Notes under the pieces: model-generated
What the model was told of the DNA's origin: nothing
The model's input: the letters and a program-made list of their open reading frames with translations, nothing else
Database searches by the model: none
From: Curvularia clavata
Lineage: Eukaryota
Assembly (NCBI GenBank): GCA_023920165.1
Contig: CP089274.1
Location: 5,146,001 to 5,210,000, forward strand
DNA: 64,000 nucleotides
Direction of reading: 5' to 3'
Part shown: positions 48,177-58,652 of the stretch, in pieces
Numbering within the stretch: position 1 is the stretch's first letter
Layout of the letters: every line of letters starts with the position of its first letter
Translations under genes and position numbers: made by a program

Positions 48177-49660
48177 ATGCCTCCCAAGAAGCAAGCCGAG
48201 GAGAAGAAGATCCCGCTCGGCAGGCCAGGCAACAACTTGAAGAGCGGTATAGTGAGTGAGAGCCCTATCGTCCTGCCTTGTCGCCTTCTCACATTAACAG
48301 TAAACGCCAGGTCGGCCTAGCAAACGTCGGCAAGTCGACTCTCTTCCAAGCCATCACCAAGTGCTCCCTTGGTAACCCCGCCGTAAGTCGCCTGCAACTT
48401 GGAGCTGGGAGCTTGCGCTGATTGATCCAGAACTTCCCATATGCCACCATCGACCCAGAAGAGTCTCGCGTCCTCGTCCCCGATGAGCGCTTTGACTGGT
48501 TGGTGGAGCACTACAAGCCCAAGTCGGTTGTACCTGCCCACTTGACCATCTACGACATTGCTGGTCTGACGCGCGGTGCTTCCACTGGTGCCGGTCTTGG
48601 TAACGCTTTCTTGTCGCACATCCGTGCCGTCGATGCCATCTTCCAGGTCGTCCGATGCTTTGACGATGCCGAGATCATCCACGTTGAGGGTGACGTCGAC
48701 CCCATCCGTGACTTGGATATCATCGCAGAGGAGCTGCGCCTGAAGGACATTGAGTTTGTCGAGAAGGCGCACGCCAACCTTGTCAAGGAGACGCGACGAG
48801 GTGGCCAGAGTCTGGAGATGAAGAAGCTCAAGGAAGAGCAAGCCACCGTTGAGAAGGTTCTTGACATGCTCAAGAATGGCAAGGATGTCCGAAAGGGCAA
48901 CTGGACACCTAAGGAGGTACGCATACATTTTTTCTTTCTCCATTCTTCCCCATTACAAGATGACAAAGAGCGATTGCTCTATAATCCCAGCTCTCTGATG
49001 GCCCATTAACGCTGGGCCGTTTTGAAGTGACGTCCTACTCTGATTTGTAACATATATTCTTGATTGGCATTATATCAACATGTTTGCGAACTCTTGCTTA
49101 CAATTTGTTAGGTCGAGCACATCAACCCTCTCTTCCTTCTCTCCGCTAAGCCCGTTGTCTACCTTGTCAACCTGAGCGAGAAGGACTACATCCGCCAGAA
49201 GAACAAGCATCTTCCCAAGATTGCCGAATGGGTCAAGACCAACGCCCCTGGTGACCCAATCATCCCCATTTCCGTCCAGCTTGAGGAGCGCCTTGCTGTC
49301 ATGTCGGATGCCGAGGCAGCTGAGGAGCTCAAGAACCTGGGCACCAAGTCGGCACTTCCCAAGGCCATTCAGACGATGCGCAAGGCTCTCGAGCTTGGCA
49401 GCTTCTTCACAACTGGTACCGACGAGGTCCGACAATGGACAATAAGGGTCGGCACCAAGGCGCCACAGGCTGCCGGTGTTATTCACGGTGACTTTGAGAA
49501 GACATTTATCCAGGCCATTGTGTACAACTACAAGACACTGAGGGAAGAGGGTGACGAAGCCACTGTCAAGGCAAAGGGCAAGATCATGACCAAGGGCAAG
49601 GATTATGTTGTCGAGGACGGCGACATTCTGCTCATCAAGGCCGGTGCTGCAAAGGCATAG
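48177..49660 (+). CDS. OLA1: Obg-like ATPase Ola1/YchF; exons 48177-48251, 48311-48382, 48431-48916, 49112-49660
   Basis: GIVGLANVGKST P-loop, ANFPYATIDP, DIAGL, GLGNAFLSHIR, TGS domain KAPQAAGVIH...YVVEDGD. Confidence 0.96.
48953..49050 (+). ncRNA. Intronic box C/D snoRNA, snR69-like
   Basis: Terminal stem TTACAA/TTGTAA, box C AAGATGA 48957-48963, D' CTGA 48995-48998, internal hairpin GGCCCA/TGGGCC, box D CTGA 49040-49043. D' guide TAATCCCAGCTC is complementary to the conserved LSU rRNA GAGCUGGGUUUA. Confidence 0.8.
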
Positions 49661-49987
49661 GTGGCTTGATGAGTTGATGCTTGCGCGGCTGTGTTGAGCG
49701 ATTAGAGGCTCCCAGCCATGAGTGTATGTGTTTATGATTTGTATGCGTGTCTTTTAACGAGGCATGTGAAAAGCAGCTAGTCTGTCTATGAACGAATGAG
49801 AACAAATGCACACTAAGCAGAATGATTGAACTTTTGATGTCCAGTGATCGATGTCTCTGTTCATCTGAGTTGGGATATCGATGGGTTGGTACATAGCATG
49901 CAGCTCTGCAGCCTACTCTGTGAATGCTACAAAGGAAGTGAATCTAATGACATACAGTCCAGGCATCTAAGAGGATTTGTCTCATAT

Positions 49988-52900
49988 TCACCTGGCTGAT
50001 GGTTTTGTCTCCACCAACATCCAGCTATTACCACAGACACAGTGCTTGCTCACGCCCACCAGCCACTGATAATGATGTATAGTATACCCGGGCAGACCCG
50101 GCACCACATCCTCCATGCAAGCACCACATCTCACACACTGCCGGAGCATATTCTTGCTCTTCTTTTCAGCACTTGCGTCTCCGTGTGCACCACCGCCGGT
50201 ACCGCTACCACCAGCCGCGCTCTGCAAGCTATCGCTCCGATTACGATTGCTCATGACGTACTGACCCGACGTGGTATTAACAGGATGCACCCAAGTGCCC
50301 AAGCCACGAATGATCATCTTCTGACATACATCGACGACATGCTGATCGTGCCAGATGCGTGCGCGATTTGAGTCCTGAAAGCCGAGCCACGTGGTATCGA
50401 AGAACAAGAGTCTGCCCTCGTCGATTTTGTCAGCCAAACAGCCGTTTTGCTGGTTGCTGTTCCACAGGGTATCGGTGACTAGGCGTTTGGCGACTGGGAA
50501 GAGGATATCTGGGACTTTGCCGAGGAGGATGTCGCGCTCGATGCTGTTTCGTTGGGCCTCGTTCAGATTGCGCTGCTTGTAGATGCCGCGGACGTGGTTG
50601 GTGGTTTCGCTGACGAGGACTTCGAACCAGCGCCATTCAAAGGGGAGCTCAGTCACGGCGGAGAGGAGAGGAGTGTAGAGTCTTTTAGCCTCTGGGGATT
50701 GGACGGGTGCGTTGGGGTTATTGGCATGGGCTTCTGCACTGCGTTTTACCCATTGGATGGGCTGTGCCCACAGTTTCATCATGGCTCGGGGGAAAGCTGA
50801 GAGCAGCATGAGGACAGCGGGCTTGTTCATTTCCTTGATTTTGTTCTCCAAGACTTCGCGTGTAAGGTCTGCGGGTGGCATGTCGGACAAGGCACGGCCG
50901 AGGGTGAAAAGGTCGTCAAGCGTGTATGCCATGAAATGCATTGTCCATCTGATTGTGCCGATCATCTGTGGCACTGCCTCCGGCCTAAGGTTTATTTTCG
51001 ACACGTCGCCGTGCATGCGTACAATGGTTGTCAGTATTTGTGTGACATATTTGATGTTGAGAATCTGCCATGCAATTTTGCTGCTCAAGGTACGGTTGAC
51101 GGTACCTTGGAGTCCCAAGAGATGCATTGCTGAAAGGGTTTTCACAAAGAATGGTGAGCGCCCGAGTAGGATGAAATGATTTGTAGATGAGTCGTCGATC
51201 CCGCAGTCGATATTGACTTGCAGTCCCTCGAATAGCAAGGTGATAAAGTCTTGTTTCCGCTTGTCGCTCATTGGCTCGATGATGGCGAAGATGTCATCGC
51301 TCGAGAAGTATTGATTAGCAGCAGATGAGGACTGAAGGATGAGTGCTGCAAGCGCGGCAGAATGGTGTGGGTCGTTGTCGTCTGTGGCCAATGTACCGTG
51401 TGTGTATTCCATAGAACGAAGCTTTATGGAGCCGTCTAATTGCATTCCAACAGCCATACAGTGGTTTGGGGAGAAAGCGACATGTAGCGAAGGTTCAGCA
51501 TGTTGAAAGACAAAACCAGCCTGGAGAAGCGAGGTTACGTGTTCAGTATTACCATCTGGCATGATTGTTTCCATGGTAGATCGCTTCCTGAACTCAATAG
51601 AACCATCGCTATAGCAGAAGGCCAACAGCATGTTGTACCAGATGGGGTAGAAGTCGAGGACTACTGCGTGAAGTGCAAAGTCTGGTTGCCGTTTCAGCCG
51701 AAAAGTTGTTTGGGCAGGTACTGAGCTGACACTTTTCTTCTTAGATGTGACCTGATCAAGACTATGGTGCAACTGGTTCTGCTGCTCTTGATGAACCTCC
51801 CACTTGACGATGATGCTGTAGCGTGTCTCTTGTGGGTTCATATCATATGAGATGGGATTGGGTGGCTTGGTAAATATAGCCTGGATTGTAGGCATGGAGC
51901 CGTCGTCTTGTTGGGGCGTGATAGGAAGGAAATCAAGATGGGTTAGCTGGGCAGCGACAGGACCTCTTGAGGCTTCCCCATTGCTCAAGTCATCGTTGGC
52001 AGTGTCAACTGGATTGCAAGCATCTTCGAGGGCAAGCAGTGAGACTTGGATTGTCGGCTTTTCAAAAGGGCCTGCATTTTGGCTTCGTTTGTCCGCCGGG
52101 ACATTCCAAATCATCTCCACACGGTAGAGATGCAGGCGCCTCTTGACATCGTAGGCTGCTAGTAGAAGAGTGTTGTCTGTGTCTGTGTGAGTATAGCAGC
52201 AGGATAAAGCAGAAGAGGAACATACCGTTGTTAGAGGCGAAAGCGGCGTGAGTAAACGACTCCTTGGTGGAGAGCATGGGGCCAAGCTGGGTGGATGCTT
52301 CTTGCCAGTTGTTGTCGTTTTGCTGGAAACGAAGTTTGAGTTCGCCATATCGCTTCAGGTATATGAGTGAAGCTTTGCCATCGACTGGATGATGGGCGTT
52401 GTTGAACAAGTGCTGCCTGATGTTCCACTTCCACTTCCACTTGGTGCCTTCTCGTGCAGCTGACCAGGCAATCAGATTCTAGGAGGGTGAGAACGATTTC
52501 ATCCATAACGAGTCAGTGGGGTTGCTACCTTTTGTGCGTATGGTAGAATTGCCAGCCAATGCATGCCAACGACACCATCGATTTCTGATTCTGGATGGGC
52601 AATCTCTGCTCTGGTAAAATGCATACGGTCCAGGGCCATGGCGCAGGAAAAGACCATGACGCGACCTGCTTGGTCCATGACGGCCAGGTCGTTGCCGAGG
52701 TGGCTCCATGACAGATGGGTTAATGGAAATACTTCGCGACCCTGTGGCAGCTCCAGAGGCACTGTTTTGCCCAAATTCCATTTGCCGGTTTCCGGGTTGC
52801 GCGAGAAAGTTTTGAGGTTGATTGAGTATCCATCTGGAGTGATGTAGGCGACACAGCCATTCTTGGACCAAGCAATCTTTCTATGGCGGGTCAGAAAAAG

Positions 52901-53071
52901 GCGTACAGACGATTGAGACTGGACTCACTGGCAACAGCCGCTAGAGCCCAGATCGTCGATGCGAGCATCTAGACCTTTTACAGGTGGTGTTGTGTTTATA
53001 GTCTGGATGTTGACATGCTCGGAGTCGCCAAACAGATCGTCGACGTCTACGTTGTAGCTGGCGCCGTCCAT
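49988..53071 (-). CDS. MED16: Mediator subunit Med16/Sin4; exons 53071-52929, 52880-52529, 52478-52226, 52176-49988
   Basis: GCCQKIAWSKNGCVAYI after splicing, LTHLSWSHLGNDLAVMD, FTHAAFA, C-terminal RQCVRC...HCVCGNSW. Confidence 0.88.
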
Positions 53072-54172
53072 GGCGAGATGGGCCTGGGTGCAGGCGGGCT
53101 AAGTGGGTTGAAAACGAGCGAGGCAGACCAGGGCCGGGTATCACAGACAGCAAAGCTAAGAAAAGAAAAACGGGGAATGATTTCCAAGAACGGGTGGCAG
53201 AGGATGTGTCTGGTAGAGGCGGCCCACGGAGCTTGCTGAGGCGGCGCCTGCTCTGGTTGGCAAACAAGGCAAGCATGGATGGCGGCAGTAAGCGACGCGC
53301 TAACGGCGACTAGCGTGGCTTCTAGTCTGAGTGCGGTGCGCTGGAGCTTGGTGCGCAATCGTCATGTCGCACTTTGATCTTTCAAAGAAGGCTGGCTAGG
53401 CGTGCAACAGCAGCACCCCCGCTGGAAACGCGGTGCGCAAATTCAGAGGCACTGGCACGGCTCATACCAACTCGCTGGCTTGTGTGTAGTACGTGTCGTC
53501 CAGGCGGGGGGTCGAGGGGAGCGACGGAGGGCAAAACAGCCAAAACCGGGCTGGCGCACACAGCCAAACACATTGTGCAAAAGCAGCCCAATGAGATTTG
53601 CTTGTGCTGTGCATTGTGCCCGTTCGGCACAGACTGGGACTCGAGGCAGTGGTAAACAGACCGAGTGTTTAGGTGCTTCTTGGCGTCCTTCTGCGGCGGA
53701 GCCCATGGTTGTCAAGGTGAACGGCCGCAACCTCCGCCAAACCTCTTCAAACTTGGCTGCTCACCTCACCCTCACCCACACCCACCTCACTCCCATCGCC
53801 GCTGCCCCCCAGCGCCCACGACGCGTCTAATCCCGACGCGCACCTTCCGTCTGTCTGTCGCGCCTTTCTCGCCTGCCGCAATGGCCTAGCGCGCCTTCTG
53901 CCACTCGCACGCATCTCCTCGACGGGGAAGCAACGGCCAGCAGTGACAGCAACCACGACCCACACGCAGCCCGGCTCAATCTGCGCTTCCTACTCTGCTG
54001 CCCCCTCCGCCACGCCCTCTGTACCCAGCACGTCTCGCCAGACTGCGGCATCCCTTTCGCTTTCTCTTATGAGCGCCTCCAGCGCGACTTTCAAAGCTAC
54101 GACTCTCGTTGTGGTAGCCCCAGACGCGGCCAGTCCCTGAAGCCGCCGAGTCGCTGCCCATTGTTGCACTCT

Positions 54173-54215
54173 CCACCGCACCACCACAACCACCACCACC
54201 ACCAACACCACTACT
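54173..54215 (+). repeat. Imperfect (CCA)n microsatellite in the sirtuin 5' leader
   Basis: ccaccgcaccaccacaaccaccaccaccaccaacaccactact. Confidence 0.6.
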
Positions 54216-54245
54216 CGCGCCGCCTTCGCCCATCGTTCCTTCACA

Positions 54246-56255
54246 ATGGCGTCCGACACGCTCAACAACGTGCCAAGCTCGCCCTTGACTGAAATGTCCG
54301 ATTCAGAAATATCCCTCCTCTCTCGATCACCCACGCCTCCCTCAGAGCTCAGCTCCTTCGCCCAGCGACGCGCCTACATGTCTCCGTCCTCGTCCCAGCG
54401 GTCGTCCGCCAAGACCACACCTGTCCCCGAAGATATGCCCTCACCACCCTGCAGTAGCAACGACGACAATCCGCGTCCAGTAAAGAGGAGGAAGACCATG
54501 GAGCCCAAGGAGCGCACCGCTGCATATCTCGATCTTTCCAAGCCCACAGTCCCCGACGAACACCTGCCCCAGTTGCAGCGCTTGCTATCCGTTCTGCACA
54601 AAAAGCGCAAGATTGTCGTCATTGCCGGTGCAGGCATTTCCGTCTCCGCTGGCATCCCCGACTTCCGCTCGGCCACAGGCTTGTTCAACACGCTCAAAAA
54701 GGAGCACAAGCTCAAATCCTCTGGCAAAGACCTCTTTGACGCTTCTGTTTACCAGGATGACACGTCGACATCCACGTTCCACGACATGGTTCGTACGCTT
54801 TCCCACCATACCAAATCCGCGCAGCCCACTGCCTTCCACCATCTTCTCGCGACGCTGGCTCACGAAGGCCGCTTGATGCGCCTCTACACCCAAAACGTCG
54901 ACGGCATAGACACGTCGCTGCCGCCTCTCAGCACCCAGGTCCCACTTCCTAAGAAAGGACCTTGGCCCAAGACCGTGCAGGTGCACGGCGGCCTTGACTA
55001 CATGTCGTGCTCCAAATGCCACGCGATAACCCCCTTTGATGCCGAGCAATTCAACGGCCCTAGCCCCCCTCCCTGCCCAAGCTGCGTGCAGAATGACGAG
55101 ATTCGCCAAGTTGCAGACAAGCGAAGCCATGGCATCGGCCGCCTGCGTCCACGCATGGTCCTCTACAACGAGCACAACCCCGACGATGAGTCAATCGGTT
55201 CCTGCGCGTCGTACGACATGCGCATGCGTCCTGACGCTGTTATCGTAGCTGGTACCACGTTAAAGGTCCCAGGCGTACGACGTATAGCTCGTGAAATGTG
55301 CAACATTGTCCGAGACCGAAAGGACGGTGTCACCATATGGCTCAACAATGACCCTGAGCCTGTTGGAAAAGACCTCGAGGATAAGTGGGACTTGGTAGTC
55401 AGGGGCCCTTGTGATGAAGTAGCTCGCCACGCTAACATGCGCCGGTGGGACGACCCGATAGAATACAAAACAGTCACCGAGGAGCACATCAACAAGGTCA
55501 AGGAAAAGCAAAAGGCAGAGGTTGTCATTGGCACTCCTCGCAAGCCGGGTGTACTTCGCAATGCTGGACAGCTGACACCAGGTCAAAGCCCACGCATTCT
55601 TCCTCAGTCTTTTGACAAAGAAGAGCCAGACACACCCTCGAAGAAGGGCACAAAGAGAAAGGCAGATATTCAAAACAGCCAATTGGATTTGTTTGGCAAG
55701 GTTGCAGGAAAGGCTCCTGGGAGAAAGACCAAGGCGCAGCCAAAGAAGGCGACAGCAACGACTAAGACAAAGACAAAGAAGGAGACCAAGAAGGATGCTC
55801 CTGCCATCAACAACGTATTCAAGGCCACCAAGGGCACTACAAAGACCAACAAATCATTGACCAAGAAGTCCGATACTGCTTTCAAACCCATCGAATCCGA
55901 CTTCAACCCAGAGCTCAAGCCCAAAGAAAATCTTGCCAGCGTGGCCAACGTTGGAAAAACACAAGCCCCAGTGACTCCTAGGAAAGCGTCCAGGCTGACG
56001 AGGATTAAGTCGGACTACGTCTTTCAGCCAGTATCAAACGTAGACGGTCGCAACAACCACTCACCCAAGCGGCCAGCCATTGAAAGCTTCACACCCACCA
56101 AAGACCGGACACCCAACGCTCAGATTGAGGAAGAGATGGCCTTTGCCAAGTGTACGAGTGAATCTCGTCCCTCATCATCGGGTAGTGCGCAGCGTCACGT
56201 CATCGAGAGCCCTACCGGTGCCGTTCCCAAGAACATGAATCACCTTCTCTGCTAG
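54246..56255 (+). CDS. HST4: NAD-dependent sirtuin deacetylase, Hst3/Hst4 class
   Basis: GAGISVSAGIPDFRS, LYTQNVDG, QVHGG, zinc CxxC pairs, RSHGIGRLRPRMVLYNE. Confidence 0.85.
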   Translation: MASDTLNNVPSSPLTEMSDSEISLLSRSPTPPSELSSFAQRRAYMSPSSSQRSSAKTTPVPEDMPSPPCSSNDDNPRPVKRRKTMEPKERTAAYLDLSKPTVPDEHLPQLQRLLSVLHKKRKIVVIAGAGISVSAGIPDFRSATGLFNTLKKEHKLKSSGKDLFDASVYQDDTSTSTFHDMVRTLSHHTKSAQPTAFHHLLATLAHEGRLMRLYTQNVDGIDTSLPPLSTQVPLPKKGPWPKTVQVHGGLDYMSCSKCHAITPFDAEQFNGPSPPPCPSCVQNDEIRQVADKRSHGIGRLRPRMVLYNEHNPDDESIGSCASYDMRMRPDAVIVAGTTLKVPGVRRIAREMCNIVRDRKDGVTIWLNNDPEPVGKDLEDKWDLVVRGPCDEVARHANMRRWDDPIEYKTVTEEHINKVKEKQKAEVVIGTPRKPGVLRNAGQLTPGQSPRILPQSFDKEEPDTPSKKGTKRKADIQNSQLDLFGKVAGKAPGRKTKAQPKKATATTKTKTKKETKKDAPAINNVFKATKGTTKTNKSLTKKSDTAFKPIESDFNPELKPKENLASVANVGKTQAPVTPRKASRLTRIKSDYVFQPVSNVDGRNNHSPKRPAIESFTPTKDRTPNAQIEEEMAFAKCTSESRPSSSGSAQRHVIESPTGAVPKNMNHLLC

Positions 56256-56977
56256 CTTTTATTGCATTTTACCGGCGACACGGTATGACTTTTTCTTTTC
56301 GCATTCTTGGCGCGTGTGTTATGACAGGACGGAGGCGTTTGTTTGTGTGTGTAGATGATACCAACTGTATCAGTGCCTTCTTTTTCTTGTTGGCCATGCA
56401 TATCCTACCTTGTTTTTCGGCTGCATGATACCCAGGCAAACCCCTGGCGGAGGCAGGTATAGCCTCTGAGTCTCTTTGGTTGTAGAACAGCGTTAAGGAG
56501 ATAGGATAGGGCTCTCGCCGCAATCAATGTTAGTTGTATTACGCTCTTAACTAGGTCATCTCATAGCGATGTTTAGATGATAGTTGCCAAATTTACTACT
56601 ACTTCCTATCTGTTAACATTTTCGCCCTCCGTCTCTCAATACGTGACTGTTGTTATGAGTTACGCGTCTCGGACGCGCCTTCGGAGACTGTGGCGCCTTG
56701 GCGCTTTGTCCACCCAGACTACCTAGCCAACCTTTTGACCCTTGTACTCAACCCGCTACACAATATAGACGCATCCCTCTCATCTACTTACAATAGTCTA
56801 ATTGCTAATCTCTAGTCGTAGCTTTCGTCAATCTCAGCAAGCTATTGTGTATAGTGTTGCAAGGCAGATTGATAAACTTGTAGCTAAGCAATTAGAAGGC
56901 AGATTGTGGGCATATATCTCTATTCGCTTTCAGAAACTCTACGAAAAGACTTTGGAAAAGAGTTGGGTGTCGATAGG

Positions 56978-58540
56978 ATGTCGTCTCCGCTTACAGTGCG
57001 TAACCTGACTTCCACTGCTATATGCCTGCAGCGTGTTGAGCGGTTTGAAGATCCAAACACACTTCAATCCAAAGCTCACGGATACTTTTTCAATTCCAGA
57101 AACACTACGTCTGCAGTACCTACATCGCCAGAGCTCAGTGAACATGCACAGAGATTCAACAATCAGGACCTGGAAGTCACACTCCAGCCCTTTGAATCAT
57201 ACACGCTGAGTTTCCCAACTCCAGCTCAGTCTAGCAATGCAGCTACACTTTCATCTCCAATGCTGCGTATCACGATTCAAGTAGCAGGCACTGAACGACA
57301 TCGTATCGACACCAACCCTTCATACACGCAAAAGTCCACGCAAGCTTTTACCGCACTCTGTGTGAATCCGTCGGCGACCTACAAGGCTATCTTCCACCCA
57401 TCCAAGCCTATCCCCCACTTGGCAATTCACAACCACCACTCTCCTAGCTATTCATCCTGGATGGCCGCGCTCCCCGACAACCTCCCTCTCTCAGCCATCA
57501 GCATACCCGGAACACACAACTCTCACACCCACTACCGCGCCCTGCCTTCCGTCCGGTGTCAAGTCCACGACATAAAAACGCAGCTGGAGAACGGAATCCG
57601 CTTTCTGGATATACGCGTGCAACCGACACATGCTACAGACTTGTCTAAAAAAGACCTATATCTCGTCCACGGCGCATTCCCCATCAGCCTCTCAGGCCCA
57701 AAGTACCTTGAGCCCATCCTGCAAACATGTTACGACTTCCTCTCTACGAACCCAAGCGAAACCGTCCTCATCAGTTTGAAAAGAGAAGGCGTCGGCAGCG
57801 CAACCGACGAGCACCTCGCCCAACTCCTGGAAAAACACTATATCACCCCCAACCCCTCCCTCTGGTACACTCAAAACAGCATTCCCTACTTGCACAGCGT
57901 CCGCGGCAAGCTTGTTCTCATCCGTCGCTACACCACGAGCACCTCCCCCTCCCCCGAAAAAGCAGGCCTCGACGCCACCGCCTGGCCACACAACGCACAC
58001 CACGCCCTCTTCCCCTCCCCTTCTCCCTCCATATCCCCACTAACACCCACCTTCTGCCTCCAAGACTACTGCGAAGTCCTCGTCCCCACCCTCATCCCCA
58101 CAAAACTGCAACACTGCAACGACCACCTCGTGCGCTCCGCCCGCGCCCTACACCCCATCCCCGGCTTGACTACCGATGCTGCAAACCCCGTGCCGCCAGG
58201 CCCACTGTACCTGAATTTTCTTTCAGGAAGCAATTTTTGGAAGAAGGCGTGCTGGCCAAGTGCCATTGCGAAGGTGGTGAATCGGGGCATGGAGATGTGG
58301 TTGTGTAGCGGTCATCATTTGGAGGAGGCGGTAGCGGGGAGGACGAGGGACCCGGGTGAGAGTCAGGGAGGCGGAGAAGGAGATGTTGGGCTTGTGAAGA
58401 GGGTAGGGAGCGGAGATGGGAGTACGGGGGTGGTGATTATGGATTGTGTAGGAGAGAATGGGGATTGGGATTTGGTGAGGTTGGTGGTGGGGATGAATAT
58501 GGGGGTGTTGAGCAAGTGTCATAGTTCAACGGACTGCTAA
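56978..58540 (+). CDS. Phosphatidylinositol-specific phospholipase C (bacterial-type X domain)
   Basis: LSAISIPGTHNS, QLENGIRFLDIR, LVHG, SLKREG, RGKLVLIRR, GVVIMD. Confidence 0.9.
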   Translation: MSSPLTVRNLTSTAICLQRVERFEDPNTLQSKAHGYFFNSRNTTSAVPTSPELSEHAQRFNNQDLEVTLQPFESYTLSFPTPAQSSNAATLSSPMLRITIQVAGTERHRIDTNPSYTQKSTQAFTALCVNPSATYKAIFHPSKPIPHLAIHNHHSPSYSSWMAALPDNLPLSAISIPGTHNSHTHYRALPSVRCQVHDIKTQLENGIRFLDIRVQPTHATDLSKKDLYLVHGAFPISLSGPKYLEPILQTCYDFLSTNPSETVLISLKREGVGSATDEHLAQLLEKHYITPNPSLWYTQNSIPYLHSVRGKLVLIRRYTTSTSPSPEKAGLDATAWPHNAHHALFPSPSPSISPLTPTFCLQDYCEVLVPTLIPTKLQHCNDHLVRSARALHPIPGLTTDAANPVPPGPLYLNFLSGSNFWKKACWPSAIAKVVNRGMEMWLCSGHHLEEAVAGRTRDPGESQGGGEGDVGLVKRVGSGDGSTGVVIMDCVGENGDWDLVRLVVGMNMGVLSKCHSSTDC

Positions 58541-58652
58541 AAGGGACTAGAGGTGTGGGATAGACGGATAGATGTGTATATACTACATTTGTTGAGAAGA
58601 AAAGAAGAGAGACTAATCGACCTCATCATATACAAACACATGTGCTCTCTCT

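Noticed and set aside
54141..54245. Open frame upstream of the sirtuin AUG (SRRVAAH...TRAAFAHRSFT) that looks presequence-like
   Set aside because: Bounded by TGA at 54138 with no AUG or standard near-cognate start codon; the poly-Thr comes from the CCA repeat.
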